Positions 30,366 to 39,289 of a DNA stretch of 64,000 nucleotides are shown one piece after another. The position numbers were made by a program, and so were the translations under genes. The stretch's first letter is position 1. Every line of letters begins with the position of its first letter. Source of the stretch: Nitrospinales bacterium (GTDB lineage: Bacteria; Nitrospinota; Nitrospinia; Nitrospinales; VA-1); the NCBI GenBank assembly GCA_965223345.1, contig CBDCWG010000007.1, forward strand, positions 64,001 through 128,000, given 5' to 3'. The notes below the pieces were generated by a model. The model had not been told where the DNA came from. It saw nothing but the letters and a program-made list of their open reading frames with translations, and did not search any database.

Positions 30366-30396
30366 ATTGTATCATCCTTCGAGGAAGGATTGTCAA
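30366..30396 (-). promoter_or_regulatory. Sigma70-like promoter with 19-bp spacer containing a dyad
   Basis: Minus strand TTGACA-19 nt-TACAAT; spacer holds ATCCTTC-N3-GAAGGAT. Confidence 0.5.
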
Positions 30397-30568
30397 GCGG
30401 GCAATTTGCCGGGAGGGAGCGGGAAGGCGGGGAGAAAGGTCAAGACGCCGCAATTCACGCCGGGACCGGCGTGCGGCATCCTGCAACATGCCTGCAATGG
30501 CGTGAGCCGAAGCGGAAGGGTTGTCCGCCTCCTGATGGAGGCGGGAATCCAAAGCGGATCGAATCCGG

Positions 30569-30697
30569 TTATTCTTTCTTCTCTTCAATATTATCCGGCT
30601 TCACCTGTTTGCCATGCGGGAACTTCTGCTCCAGGCACCCGGAAGTGGCCACGAGGACACAAAACATCAATGCCAGAAAAAGTGCTGCCTTTCTCAT
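30569..30697 (-). CDS. Small (42-aa) lipoprotein
   Basis: AAGGAG SD; MRKAALFLALMFCVLVATSGC lipobox followed by a short charged mature peptide. Confidence 0.6.
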   Translation of the reverse strand: MRKAALFLALMFCVLVATSGCLEQKFPHGKQVKPDNIEEKKE

Positions 30698-30877
30698 CCC
30701 TTCTCTCCTTTGAAAATAGAGTGAGGGCCGGGCGAGCGGCGGCTCTTCCCTCAACCCTCGTTTTTTAAGAAGATTATTATCAACATTTTGCTCAAAATTC
30801 AATGAATTTCTGATTTTTTTTGCTTACAATCCTCTGGCGGCGGTCGCTGGAATCGCCCCCGTTTCCAATCTGTTACG

Positions 30878-31681
30878 ATGACTTTGCCCGCCGATCTCAA
30901 TCCCCATAGCCTCACCGAAGGCCTCGCTCTCAAGCGCATCGGCAAGCCGGTTCGGAGCTATGAAACCCTCGCCTCGACCAACGATGCGGTCAAACAGGCC
31001 TTCGAGGCGGGCGACGCCGAGGGTCTGGTGGTGCTCGCCGACAGCCAGTCCTCGGGACGCGGCCGCCAGGGCCGCTCCTGGGTGTCTCCCAGGCAGGTGG
31101 GGGTCTACCTTTCGGTCCTGCTCAAGCCGGGCATCGAACGGGAACGCATCCCGCAGCTCACGCTCCTGGCGGGGGTGGCGGTGGCGGAGGCGCTCAAAGG
31201 CGATGTGCCCTCCCCGCTCCTGAAATGGCCCAACGACGTGCTTGCAAGCGGAAAAAAACTCAGCGGCATCCTGTGTGAATTCCACAAAAGCAGCGGCGGC
31301 GAGGGGGTGATTCTCGGCATCGGCGTCAATGTCAACCAAGTCTTATCCGATTTTCCGCACGAGCTGCAGGCCACCGCCACCTCGCTCTCTATCGAGACCG
31401 GCAGGCGCTGCGACCGCGCGCAGGTGATCCGGTCGCTGCTTGTGAGCCTGGACCGGGAATACGACGATTATCTTTTGGGCAGACAACCGGGGCTGGCGGA
31501 AAAATGGTCGCGCCATACGGATCTGTTCGGCAAGAACATCGCCCTCACGCACGGCGGTACGGTGACTCGAGGCACCGCGCTGCGGCTCGATCCTGCGGGC
31601 CGCTTGATCGTGCGCACCGAAGACGGCGTGGAAAGGGCGTTCGATTCCGGCGAGGTCAGCCTGACGCCGCAGTCGGGATGA
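30878..31681 (+). CDS. birA: Biotin-[acetyl-CoA-carboxylase] ligase without N-terminal HTH
   Basis: STND, QSSGRGRQGRSW, KWPND, KKLSGIL, GIGVNV. Confidence 0.93.
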   Translation: MTLPADLNPHSLTEGLALKRIGKPVRSYETLASTNDAVKQAFEAGDAEGLVVLADSQSSGRGRQGRSWVSPRQVGVYLSVLLKPGIERERIPQLTLLAGVAVAEALKGDVPSPLLKWPNDVLASGKKLSGILCEFHKSSGGEGVILGIGVNVNQVLSDFPHELQATATSLSIETGRRCDRAQVIRSLLVSLDREYDDYLLGRQPGLAEKWSRHTDLFGKNIALTHGGTVTRGTALRLDPAGRLIVRTEDGVERAFDSGEVSLTPQSG

Positions 31682-31706
31682 AAAACCAGCGAGTCTGAGA
31701 ACCGGC

Positions 31707-32204
31707 TCAAAACGAGCCGAACACACCGATGCCCAGATGGAACTGCGGGTTGGAGCGCTGGTAGCCTTCCGGCCAGAGGTGGTATTCGCGCAGGGTGAGC
31801 CTGGGATAGTTGTAGCTGATCTGGTCGAGCGACCGGGTCTCGCTGCCGCTCACCCTGCCTGCGACGGTGATGCGCCGGCCTTTGGCGAACACGCTCTCTT
31901 CGAGGATCTGGTCGCTGAGCACCAGAAAGCGCCCTTCGGTCTGATCGTTGAGCTTCGGTTCGAGACGGTAATCCAGCGGGCGCTGCAATACGATCATCCA
32001 GCTTCCCGAGGCGTCGTTGCCCACTTCCACGATGGTGCCGCCCAGCACGACGGATTTTTCCAGATAATTGTCCGTATTCTGTTTCAAGTCCCCGAACACG
32101 ACCTTGGTGTCGCTTTCATTGAGCACCTCTTTGGAGATCACCGAAGCGCAGCCGGTCAGCAGGACGAGAGCCAGAATCGAAATGGTTTTCATCAGAGGGA
32201 GCAT
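31707..32204 (-). CDS. Slp family outer-membrane lipoprotein
   Basis: Lipobox LTGC; LGGTIV, QRPLD, GRFL, GRRITVAG, YNYP; C-terminal GIGVFGSF. Confidence 0.85.
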   Translation of the reverse strand: MLPLMKTISILALVLLTGCASVISKEVLNESDTKVVFGDLKQNTDNYLEKSVVLGGTIVEVGNDASGSWMIVLQRPLDYRLEPKLNDQTEGRFLVLSDQILEESVFAKGRRITVAGRVSGSETRSLDQISYNYPRLTLREYHLWPEGYQRSNPQFHLGIGVFGSF

Positions 32205-32213
32205 GGTCGTTTC

Positions 32214-32777
32214 TCACCAGTAATAAGGGTAACGCGAAAACCGCGAAAACGGGTGCCGGTAAAACGGATGGTAATAATGGGGATAAAACGGATCGTAATA
32301 GGGGCCATACTCGTACTCTTCTTCCAGATGCAGCTCTTCCGCCTCGATCACCGGGTAGCGGTAATCCGCCTCACCCAGTTTCCCATCCTGGCCGCCCACG
32401 ATCCGGCCGGCACCGATCACCTGCCTACCCTTCTCGTACACCTCCGCTTCGAGGTAGCCCGGACGGACAAAGATGAAACGGCCGAGGGTGGCGTCGCCGC
32501 CTTCCACGTATCCGAACGAATCCACCGGCTTTTGCACGACCTCGATTTCGGTTTTGCCGGGCAGATTGCGGGTTTCGACGATGTCGCCGCCGAGGATCAC
32601 CTTTTTGCCGGACTGGGCATCCGGGTTCTCGAACAGTTGAGACAGGCTGACCGTGGGGTCCACGCTCTCCCGCATCTGCTTGGAGATGGGGTGGACGCAG
32701 CCCGTAAGCAGCCACAGCAGCGCGCAGCCCAGGAGGGTGAACTGCTTGATTCGACGGTTCGGGTGACATTCCTGCAT
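32214..32777 (-). CDS. Slp family outer-membrane lipoprotein (tandem paralog)
   Basis: Lipobox LTGC; LGGDIV, QKPVD, GRF, YRYPVI; Tyr/Pro/His-rich tail; start chosen from an AGGAG SD. Confidence 0.85.
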   Translation of the reverse strand: MQECHPNRRIKQFTLLGCALLWLLTGCVHPISKQMRESVDPTVSLSQLFENPDAQSGKKVILGGDIVETRNLPGKTEIEVVQKPVDSFGYVEGGDATLGRFIFVRPGYLEAEVYEKGRQVIGAGRIVGGQDGKLGEADYRYPVIEAEELHLEEEYEYGPYYDPFYPHYYHPFYRHPFSRFSRYPYYW

Positions 32778-33096
32778 CGCAGTGCTCCTGATTTGCTGAT
32801 TCCATCGTCCGGCCTGTGTCATCGGCAGGACGAAGACGGCGCTTGGGGATCCATTTTCAAATTACCATTTTTTCAGAATACATCCAATTATTTACACAAT
32901 ATCGACATCAAACCTCCCGCCCCGCCCGGCGCAAAACCGATTACCACCCATTTTCTCAGGGATTTCAACCCTTCCGGCAGCGCGTGCGCCGCTTTCTCCA
33001 CGGCCGCAGGCGCAGCTTGAACCGGGCGGAAAATAAATATAAACTTATGTTTATCAACCCTTAACCGCCCGGATTGCGATCCGGCGCCTGCCGCTG

Positions 33097-34023
33097 ATGG
33101 CCGCAACGAAAAATTACTACAAGATCCTCGGCGTCGAAAAAAACGCCAGCACCGCCGAAATCAAAAAACGCTACCGGGAGCTCGCGAAAAAGCACCACCC
33201 CGACGTCAACAACGGCAGCAAAAAAGCGGAAAACAATTTCAAGATCCTCTCGGCGGCCTACGATGTTTTGAGCGACAAAAAGAAACGCCAGGAGTACGAC
33301 CGGCAGCGCGCCCAGCGTCCCCGCCCCTCGCGGCCGCGGCCGGGCCCTGCGGAATGGGCCGATCCGGGAGCGGGTTTCGGGGAAAACCAGGAACAGCGGT
33401 GGCGCACGGAACAGGACTTCGGCGGCGGCGCGGCGCAGCAGGAGGAGCCGGTCTACGATCCGGAGATGCCGACGCGCGGTTTCGATTTGCAGTTTCTCAT
33501 CGATCTGCCGATCGAAACGGTGGCTCTGGGCGGCGAGGTTCCCTACAGCTATGAAAAATACGTGCGCTGCGAGGAGTGCGAGGGCACGGGCCGCATCGAC
33601 GGTGCCGAGTGCGGCGTGTGCCGGGGAAAACGGCTGACGGTCGCGCCTGTGACGATCACGGTCGCCATCCCGCCCGGCGTCGCCGATCAATACACGATCC
33701 GCATTCCCGAAGCGGGCGGCGAAGGCAAAAACGGCGGGCCTCCCGGCGACCTCATGCTCAAGGTCAACATGCAGAAGCATCCGCACTTCAAGCGGGTGAA
33801 AAGCGACATCCACACGGAAGTGAAGATCCCGCGCGATCTGGCAGAAAGCGGCGGGCCGCTGGAGGTGGACACGCTGGAGGGGAAACAAACCATCCAGGTC
33901 GAAGACGGCACCCTGACGGGCGAGGAAATCCGCATTCCCGGTGCGGGCGCCGCCATTTTATGGGGCAAAAAACGCGGCGACCTGGTGATCAAATTCAAAA
34001 TCGTGGACGAAGAGAACGTATGA
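33097..34023 (+). CDS. DnaJ-class chaperone with shortened zinc finger
   Basis: J domain (NYYKILGV...HPD), two Cys repeats (CEECEGTG, CGVCRGKR), DnaJ C-terminal domain (GGPPGDL). Confidence 0.9.
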   Translation: MAATKNYYKILGVEKNASTAEIKKRYRELAKKHHPDVNNGSKKAENNFKILSAAYDVLSDKKKRQEYDRQRAQRPRPSRPRPGPAEWADPGAGFGENQEQRWRTEQDFGGGAAQQEEPVYDPEMPTRGFDLQFLIDLPIETVALGGEVPYSYEKYVRCEECEGTGRIDGAECGVCRGKRLTVAPVTITVAIPPGVADQYTIRIPEAGGEGKNGGPPGDLMLKVNMQKHPHFKRVKSDIHTEVKIPRDLAESGGPLEVDTLEGKQTIQVEDGTLTGEEIRIPGAGAAILWGKKRGDLVIKFKIVDEENV

Positions 34024-34277
34024 AACCGATCTACCTTTCCATTCTGTTTTTCACGCTCGCCGGCATCCTGATGCTCGCGGTGTTTCTTAGCCGTCCGGCA
34101 CGCCGCAGCCGCAAACCCGCCGCCGCCAAACGGAAAAAAGCGCTGCCCGCTCGCTCGCAAGCCGCGCCCTCCGAAGCGCACAGCAACCGCCGCAGGGAAA
34201 TCATCGAATGGATAAAAAGAGATCCGGTGAAGGTGAGCCAGGCCGTGCGGCAGTGGATGCAGCAGGAAAAACCGTAA
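34020..34277 (+). CDS. Small membrane-anchored hypothetical protein
   Basis: ATGA overlap with the dnaJ-like stop; N-terminal TM, basic linker, C-terminal DPVKVSQAVRQWM. Confidence 0.6.
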   Translation: MKPIYLSILFFTLAGILMLAVFLSRPARRSRKPAAAKRKKALPARSQAAPSEAHSNRRREIIEWIKRDPVKVSQAVRQWMQQEKP

Positions 34278-34299
34278 ACGACAACTCGGGAAATGCGGT

Positions 34300-35097
34300 T
34301 CAGCCGCCTTTCGCCTTGCGCGCCCGGACTTCGGCGGCGTGCGCCTTGGCCCGTTTCAACATGGCGGCTTTTTCTTCCGGGGTGCGGTTCTTTTTCGGAA
34401 TGGGTTTGGGCGTTCCGCCGGCAGACGGCGCTTTGGCCGCCGCGGGTTGGGGGGCCGCGGTTTTGGCGGGCGCGTCGGCCGCTCCGGCATCGGCGGTTGC
34501 CGCCGCTTCAGCCGCCGGGGCTTCCGGTTCTTTACCTACCGGTGGCGGCGGCGCTTCCCCTTCCTTGCGCACCAGCCGCATGGAGGACCACACGTCGGTG
34601 GTGGGGTAAGCCGTGTCGATGCCGATTTTCAGATCGAAGCGGATGATCTTGTCGTCGCTGCACTCGCTGATCCAGGTGCTGGCGGCGCTGCCCGCATCGA
34701 ATATGGGATCGATGGGATAGAGCGTGCCGTTTTTGTCCATGCACTTCTTCGTCTTGTCCACCAGCGTCGCCGCTTCCTTTTTAGACGGAATGCGCCAGTT
34801 GTCGTAACCGGCAAACTTCTCCTTGTTGACCTTATCGACGTATTCCCGGTGCATGGCCCAGGTGTAGAACTTGTGCGTGTCGAGCCAGGCGTCGGTCTTC
34901 TTCCACATCAGACCGGTGCTGGGATCGGTGACGGTGCCGTCGCCGTTGTCCACAAGAGGTTCCTTAGGCTTTTCCTCTTTTTTGGCAGCCTTGGCTTTGG
35001 CTTTCACCGCGGTTTTGGCTGCGGCGGGCTTGGCGTCTCCGGAAGCGGCCTTCGGTGCGGGCTTGCTCTCTTCAGGAGTCGGTTGCGTTTGTTCCAT
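34300..35097 (-). CDS. DUF1566 (Lcl C-terminal) domain protein with low-complexity flanks
   Basis: DNGDGTVTDPSTGLMW...FAGYDNWRIPSKKE...RLVR; Ala/Lys/Pro-rich ends. Confidence 0.85.
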   Translation of the reverse strand: MEQTQPTPEESKPAPKAASGDAKPAAAKTAVKAKAKAAKKEEKPKEPLVDNGDGTVTDPSTGLMWKKTDAWLDTHKFYTWAMHREYVDKVNKEKFAGYDNWRIPSKKEAATLVDKTKKCMDKNGTLYPIDPIFDAGSAASTWISECSDDKIIRFDLKIGIDTAYPTTDVWSSMRLVRKEGEAPPPPVGKEPEAPAAEAAATADAGAADAPAKTAAPQPAAAKAPSAGGTPKPIPKKNRTPEEKAAMLKRAKAHAAEVRARKAKGG

Positions 35098-35121
35098 TCT
35101 TTTTCCAGGCCCCCTTCCTCG

Positions 35122-35406
35122 TTATTGGGAAGGTTTGGATTGGGTTGGGGTCCAGGAGGATCCTTCAAGAATCTGATTCAAATCTTTTCCGGTCCGGGTC
35201 AACTGGTTCAGGATGTCTCCAAGCTCGGAGGTGGAAAACTCGGCGAGACGGTCCATGAAGACGCGCCGGTAATTGGCGGCGTTTTTGCGGATCCATTCGA
35301 CCACGCTGCTCTCGCCGCCGTTTTCCTCGGACTGTTTCCGGCCCAAAAGATTGGTTTGGGACACCCGGATGATTTCGCAGATCAAATCGTCTTTGATACG
35401 GCTCAT
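35122..35406 (-). CDS. Hypothetical 94-aa protein
   Basis: GAGG SD and an upstream promoter; no domain recognised. Confidence 0.65.
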   Translation of the reverse strand: MSRIKDDLICEIIRVSQTNLLGRKQSEENGGESSVVEWIRKNAANYRRVFMDRLAEFSTSELGDILNQLTRTGKDLNQILEGSSWTPTQSKPSQ

Positions 35407-35456
35407 GAGAACCTCTTTTGAATCACCCCTTGCTAATAAGACGCAAAAAGGTGGCT

Positions 35457-35485
35457 AATGTATACTTATTTTCAAACCTTGTCAA
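35457..35485 (-). promoter_or_regulatory. Sigma70-like promoter
   Basis: Minus strand TTGACA-17 nt-TACATT upstream of 35406. Confidence 0.5.
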
Positions 35486-35651
35486 ATCCTAATCGTTTCA
35501 ACCAAACCGGCAGAAAAACAAGGGGTTGAATAAAAATTCCGATCTCCAAATTCGACTCGGTTCTCTAATATATTTTATCTCAGAGCCCTAGCGGAAAAAA
35601 GAAAAATAGGGCGGCAACTTCTGCATGGGAAATCCGAAAACCGCCCTGATT

Positions 35652-36461
35652 TCAATCGGATTTCGGATCCAGGACGTCCCGGAGCCCTTCGCCCAAAAAA
35701 TTGAAGGACAAAATGGTGAGAAAGATCGCCAGCGAGGGGAACAGAATCAGGTGCGGGTAGAACTTGATGGCCTGCCAGCCCTCGTTCGCGAGGGTGCCCC
35801 AGCTGCTGGTGGGCGGCCTGATGCCGAGCCCGATGAAGCTCAGGGTGGATTCGGCGAGGATGGCCACCGGGATGCGGAAGCTCAGGGTGACGATCAGAAG
35901 CCCCACGATGTTGGGCAGGATCTCGCCGATCAGGATGCGCGGGTGCCCCGCCCCCAGCGCGCGGGCGGCCTCGACGTAGGTGTATTCCTTGATGCGGATC
36001 ACCTCGCCGCGCACCAGCCGGGCCACGGTGACCCAGCTCACCAGCGTCAGGGCGATGAAGATCGCCGTCACGCCGCGGCCGAGCAGCACGGTGATGAGGA
36101 TGATCATCAACAGGTCGGGAAGCGCAAAGACCACATCGACGATGCGCATCATCACGTTGTCGGTGCGGCCGCCGATGTAGCCGGAAACCGCGCCGTAGAC
36201 GGTGCCGATCAGGATCGCCAGCGCCGTGGTCGCCACGCCGATGAACAGCGACACGCGGGCCCCGTAGATCATGCGCGAGAGCAGGTCCCGCCCCAGTCGG
36301 TCGGTGCCCAGCAGATAGGGCTCGCCCGGCGGCGCGAGGGTGTTGGCGGTGTCCTGCGCGTCGTAGGCGTACGGCGCGACCCACGGCGCGAACAGGGCCG
36401 CAAGCGCGACGGTCAAAAGAAACAGGGCGCTGATCCTGGCAGCGAGGGGCAGTCGGTTCAT
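35652..36461 (-). CDS. oppC: Peptide/nickel ABC transporter permease (OppC/DppC)
   Basis: LLGTDRLGRDLLSR..YGARVSL, YVEAARALGA (EAA loop), LSFIGLG, NFLGEGLRD. Confidence 0.92.
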   Translation of the reverse strand: MNRLPLAARISALFLLTVALAALFAPWVAPYAYDAQDTANTLAPPGEPYLLGTDRLGRDLLSRMIYGARVSLFIGVATTALAILIGTVYGAVSGYIGGRTDNVMMRIVDVVFALPDLLMIILITVLLGRGVTAIFIALTLVSWVTVARLVRGEVIRIKEYTYVEAARALGAGHPRILIGEILPNIVGLLIVTLSFRIPVAILAESTLSFIGLGIRPPTSSWGTLANEGWQAIKFYPHLILFPSLAIFLTILSFNFLGEGLRDVLDPKSD

Positions 36462-36476
36462 GCGCAGCGTCCCGGC

Positions 36477-36875
36477 TCAGAGAGGATTGGGGGGATAGTC
36501 AAATTCATACATTCGGTTGCGGGCGGGGGAATGGCCGGCATCGACACCCTGGTGCCGCGCCAGATAATCGAGGATGCGGCGGCGCACTTCCGGCGAGAGC
36601 GGCCCGAGCCCCTGCTTTTCCTGCATCCAGGTCAGGGTTTCGTCCCAGCGTGCGCGGCTCATGCGGTTCTGCACGATGAGCGCGGCCGAATGACAGGCGG
36701 TGCAGGTGTCCGCGACCAGTTCCCGGTCCGCATCCGGCGGCAGCATCTTCCCTTCCTGCGCCTGTCCGGCGCCGACGACGAACAGGAAAATACCGGCACA
36801 CAGTACGAACCACCGTGCTGTTTTTTTAAATCGCAATGCGATGTTGGATCTCATGAACACGATTCGTTCTTTCAA
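36477..36875 (-). CDS. sorB: Monoheme cytochrome c, SorB-like
   Basis: Signal peptide, CTACH heme motif, W...WMQ..., ILDYLA; start may be ATG 36854. Confidence 0.8.
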   Translation of the reverse strand: MKERIVFMRSNIALRFKKTARWFVLCAGIFLFVVGAGQAQEGKMLPPDADRELVADTCTACHSAALIVQNRMSRARWDETLTWMQEKQGLGPLSPEVRRRILDYLARHQGVDAGHSPARNRMYEFDYPPNPL

Positions 36876-36877
36876 GC

Positions 36878-38203
36878 TCAGACCACGGTCACCGCGATGC
36901 GGTGCATGGCGTTGTTGAGATAGCCTTTCGGGTTCCAGCCCGGAACCACCATCGGCTGCTGCACGCCCGCGCTGTCGGTGGCGCGCGCCCAGACTTCGTA
37001 ATAGCCCTTCTGAGGAAAACGGATCTTAGCCTGCCACTGCTGCCAGGCGTAGCGGTTGACCGGCTTTTTCAGCGCGGCGGCGATCCAGGTGGCGCCGAAA
37101 TCCCAGGACAGGTCCAGCCGCTGCACGCTGCGGTCGCCGGCCCAGGCGTGCCCGGCCACGGTCAACGGACTGCCGAGCGCATGACGCAATCGGGTTTTGG
37201 GCCGCGTGATCAGCGATTTCACCGGCATCGACTCGATGATCTTCATGTCCGCTTCGGGAACGTGCGCGCCCGGCGGCACGCGGTACTTGGGAACCCGGTA
37301 GGAATAGCCCGTCATCTTGGGTCCGTCGTGAACGCGGTCGCGCACCCAGATGCGGCGCAGCCACTTGATCGACGTGGAGCCCGGCCATCCGGGCGAGATC
37401 ACCCGCACCGGAAACCCGTGCAGCGGCGCCAGCGGTTGGCCGTTCATCGCCCAGGCCACCAGGGTGTGTGCCTCCATCGCCTTGGCGATGGGCGTGCCGC
37501 GGGAGATCGGCACTTTATTGGGATCGCCGGACAGGTGAATGTCTCCGCCGTAATAGCCGGTGTAGACGGCGCTGTCCTTGAGCCCGGCCTGCTTTAAAAG
37601 ATCGCGCAGCCGCACGCCGGTGTAGCGCGCGCAGCCCACCGCGCCGAAGGTCCATTGGTTGCCCTTGGCGGGCGGATGGTAGCCGGCGCGGCCGTTGCCG
37701 CCGCACTCCACCTGCAAAGCCAGGGTCACGTTCTCAAAGCGCTTGAGCTGATCCAGCGTGAAGGTCTGCGGCTCATGCACTTCGCCGTCGAGGGTGAGTG
37801 TCCAGTCGGACGCATCGTCGCCGTAGGCGGAAGGCGGCACCAGCCCGTTGTTGCGCACGAAATGCCGGTTCACAGGCGTGACGGCGTCGTCCAGCAGATG
37901 CGGCGGCGTTTCGGCGTTGACCGGCCGGTCGTTCAGCACGGTGAGACCGTCCTTGCCCTCGATGACGAATTCCTCATCGGTCCCGGCGAGCGCTTCCGGA
38001 ATCCAGCCCGCCGACAGATGCCGGGCAAAGGGAATCTGCGCGCCGACGACAGCGGCCAATGCGGCGAGTCCGGTGTTTTTCAGAAAACCGCGGCGCGAAA
38101 CGCTGCGCCGCCCCCAGATGGCGGCGTCGGCCCGTTCCGGATCGTCGTGGTAAAGTTCGTTCAGTCCGCGTTCCTGTTTTCGTTTCATGATGACCTCACT
38201 CAT
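36878..38203 (-). CDS. sorA: Tat-exported sulfite oxidase family molybdoenzyme (SorA/SoxC-like)
   Basis: SRRGFLK Tat motif, NAETP, FVRNN, Mo-ligand ECGGNGR, HGFPVR, SIKWL, WARATD, WNPKGY; ATG overlaps the oppB stop. Confidence 0.9.
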   Translation of the reverse strand: MSEVIMKRKQERGLNELYHDDPERADAAIWGRRSVSRRGFLKNTGLAALAAVVGAQIPFARHLSAGWIPEALAGTDEEFVIEGKDGLTVLNDRPVNAETPPHLLDDAVTPVNRHFVRNNGLVPPSAYGDDASDWTLTLDGEVHEPQTFTLDQLKRFENVTLALQVECGGNGRAGYHPPAKGNQWTFGAVGCARYTGVRLRDLLKQAGLKDSAVYTGYYGGDIHLSGDPNKVPISRGTPIAKAMEAHTLVAWAMNGQPLAPLHGFPVRVISPGWPGSTSIKWLRRIWVRDRVHDGPKMTGYSYRVPKYRVPPGAHVPEADMKIIESMPVKSLITRPKTRLRHALGSPLTVAGHAWAGDRSVQRLDLSWDFGATWIAAALKKPVNRYAWQQWQAKIRFPQKGYYEVWARATDSAGVQQPMVVPGWNPKGYLNNAMHRIAVTVV

Positions 38204-39120
38204 TTCTCCAGCGACACTCTCGGATCCAGCCAGACGTAGATCAGGTCCACGGCGATGTTGGCCAGCACGATGAGCACCGCGTACACCAGCGTCACCCCCA
38301 TGATGAGCGGATAGTCGCGGTTGGTGACGGCGGTGATGAAAAAACTGCCCATGCCCGGAATCGAGAAGATGAACTCGATGACGAACGAGCCGGTGACCAG
38401 TCCCGCCAGCAGCGGCCCCAACACCGACACGATGGGATAGATGGAATTTTTCAGCGCGTGCTTCAACACCACGGCGGGCTCGGTGAGCCCCTTCGCGCGC
38501 GCGGTGCGGATGTAATCGGACGCCATGACGTCGAGCACGGTGGAGCGGGTCAGGCGCGCGACGTAACCGGCGAAGCCCGCGCCCAAAGCGAGGGCGGGCA
38601 GCAGGACGTGGCGCGGCCCCTCCCACAGCGCCGGCGGCAGCAGGTGCCATTTGTGGGCAAAGGCCCAGACCAGGACCGTCCCGAGAACGAAGCTGGGCAC
38701 GGAGATGCCGAGCGTGGCGACGAAGATGAAAAACCGGTCGATCATCGTGTTCTTCCAGTACGCCGAGGCGATGCCGGCGGGCACACCGATGCCGAGCACC
38801 ACCATAAACGCGCACAGCCCGAGCGTGATCGAAACGGGAAAGGTGTCGGCGATGATGGTGCTGACGTCGCGGCCGAGGTATTTGTAGGACGGGCCGAGAT
38901 CGCCCTGTATCAGTTGCTTGAGATACAGCAGGTATTGCGTGAACACCGGCTTGTCGAGATGATACTTGGCTTCGATGTTGGCCTTGATTTCCGGCGGCAG
39001 CGTTTTTTCTTCGTCGAAAGGGCCGCCGGGAACCGTGTGCATGATGAAAAACGTGATCGTGGCGACGGTGAGGAGGACCGGGATGCCAAACAGAATCCGC
39101 TTGCCGAGATAGATCCACAT
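38200..39120 (-). CDS. oppB: Peptide/nickel ABC transporter permease (OppB/DppB)
   Basis: PGGPF, GDLGPS, DYIRTARAKGL, KHALKNS, EFIFSIPGMG, NRDYP, LDPRV. Confidence 0.93.
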   Translation of the reverse strand: MWIYLGKRILFGIPVLLTVATITFFIMHTVPGGPFDEEKTLPPEIKANIEAKYHLDKPVFTQYLLYLKQLIQGDLGPSYKYLGRDVSTIIADTFPVSITLGLCAFMVVLGIGVPAGIASAYWKNTMIDRFFIFVATLGISVPSFVLGTVLVWAFAHKWHLLPPALWEGPRHVLLPALALGAGFAGYVARLTRSTVLDVMASDYIRTARAKGLTEPAVVLKHALKNSIYPIVSVLGPLLAGLVTGSFVIEFIFSIPGMGSFFITAVTNRDYPLIMGVTLVYAVLIVLANIAVDLIYVWLDPRVSLEK

Positions 39121-39289
39121 TCGGCTATCCTAACACAGTGAAATCACAGGCGGCAATCGTCGCTGACCGTTTGCCCGCTGGAGATTCCCGGCCTTGTGGG
39201 GGCAAACGGCGGTGCGCTATAATGACTGCCTTTGAAAACGACCCGAGATTCCGTCTTCCCATCAACCCTGGCCGCGCCCGATCGATCCC

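Noticed and set aside
31707..32777. Tandem Slp lipoproteins as a novelty
   Set aside because: Paired Slp paralogs with aromatic-rich tails are common; recorded as features only.
36878..39118. 746-aa ORF suggesting a long N-terminal extension on SorA
   Set aside because: The first 305 codons are an alternative frame of oppB; the Tat signal and ATGA overlap place the start at 38203.
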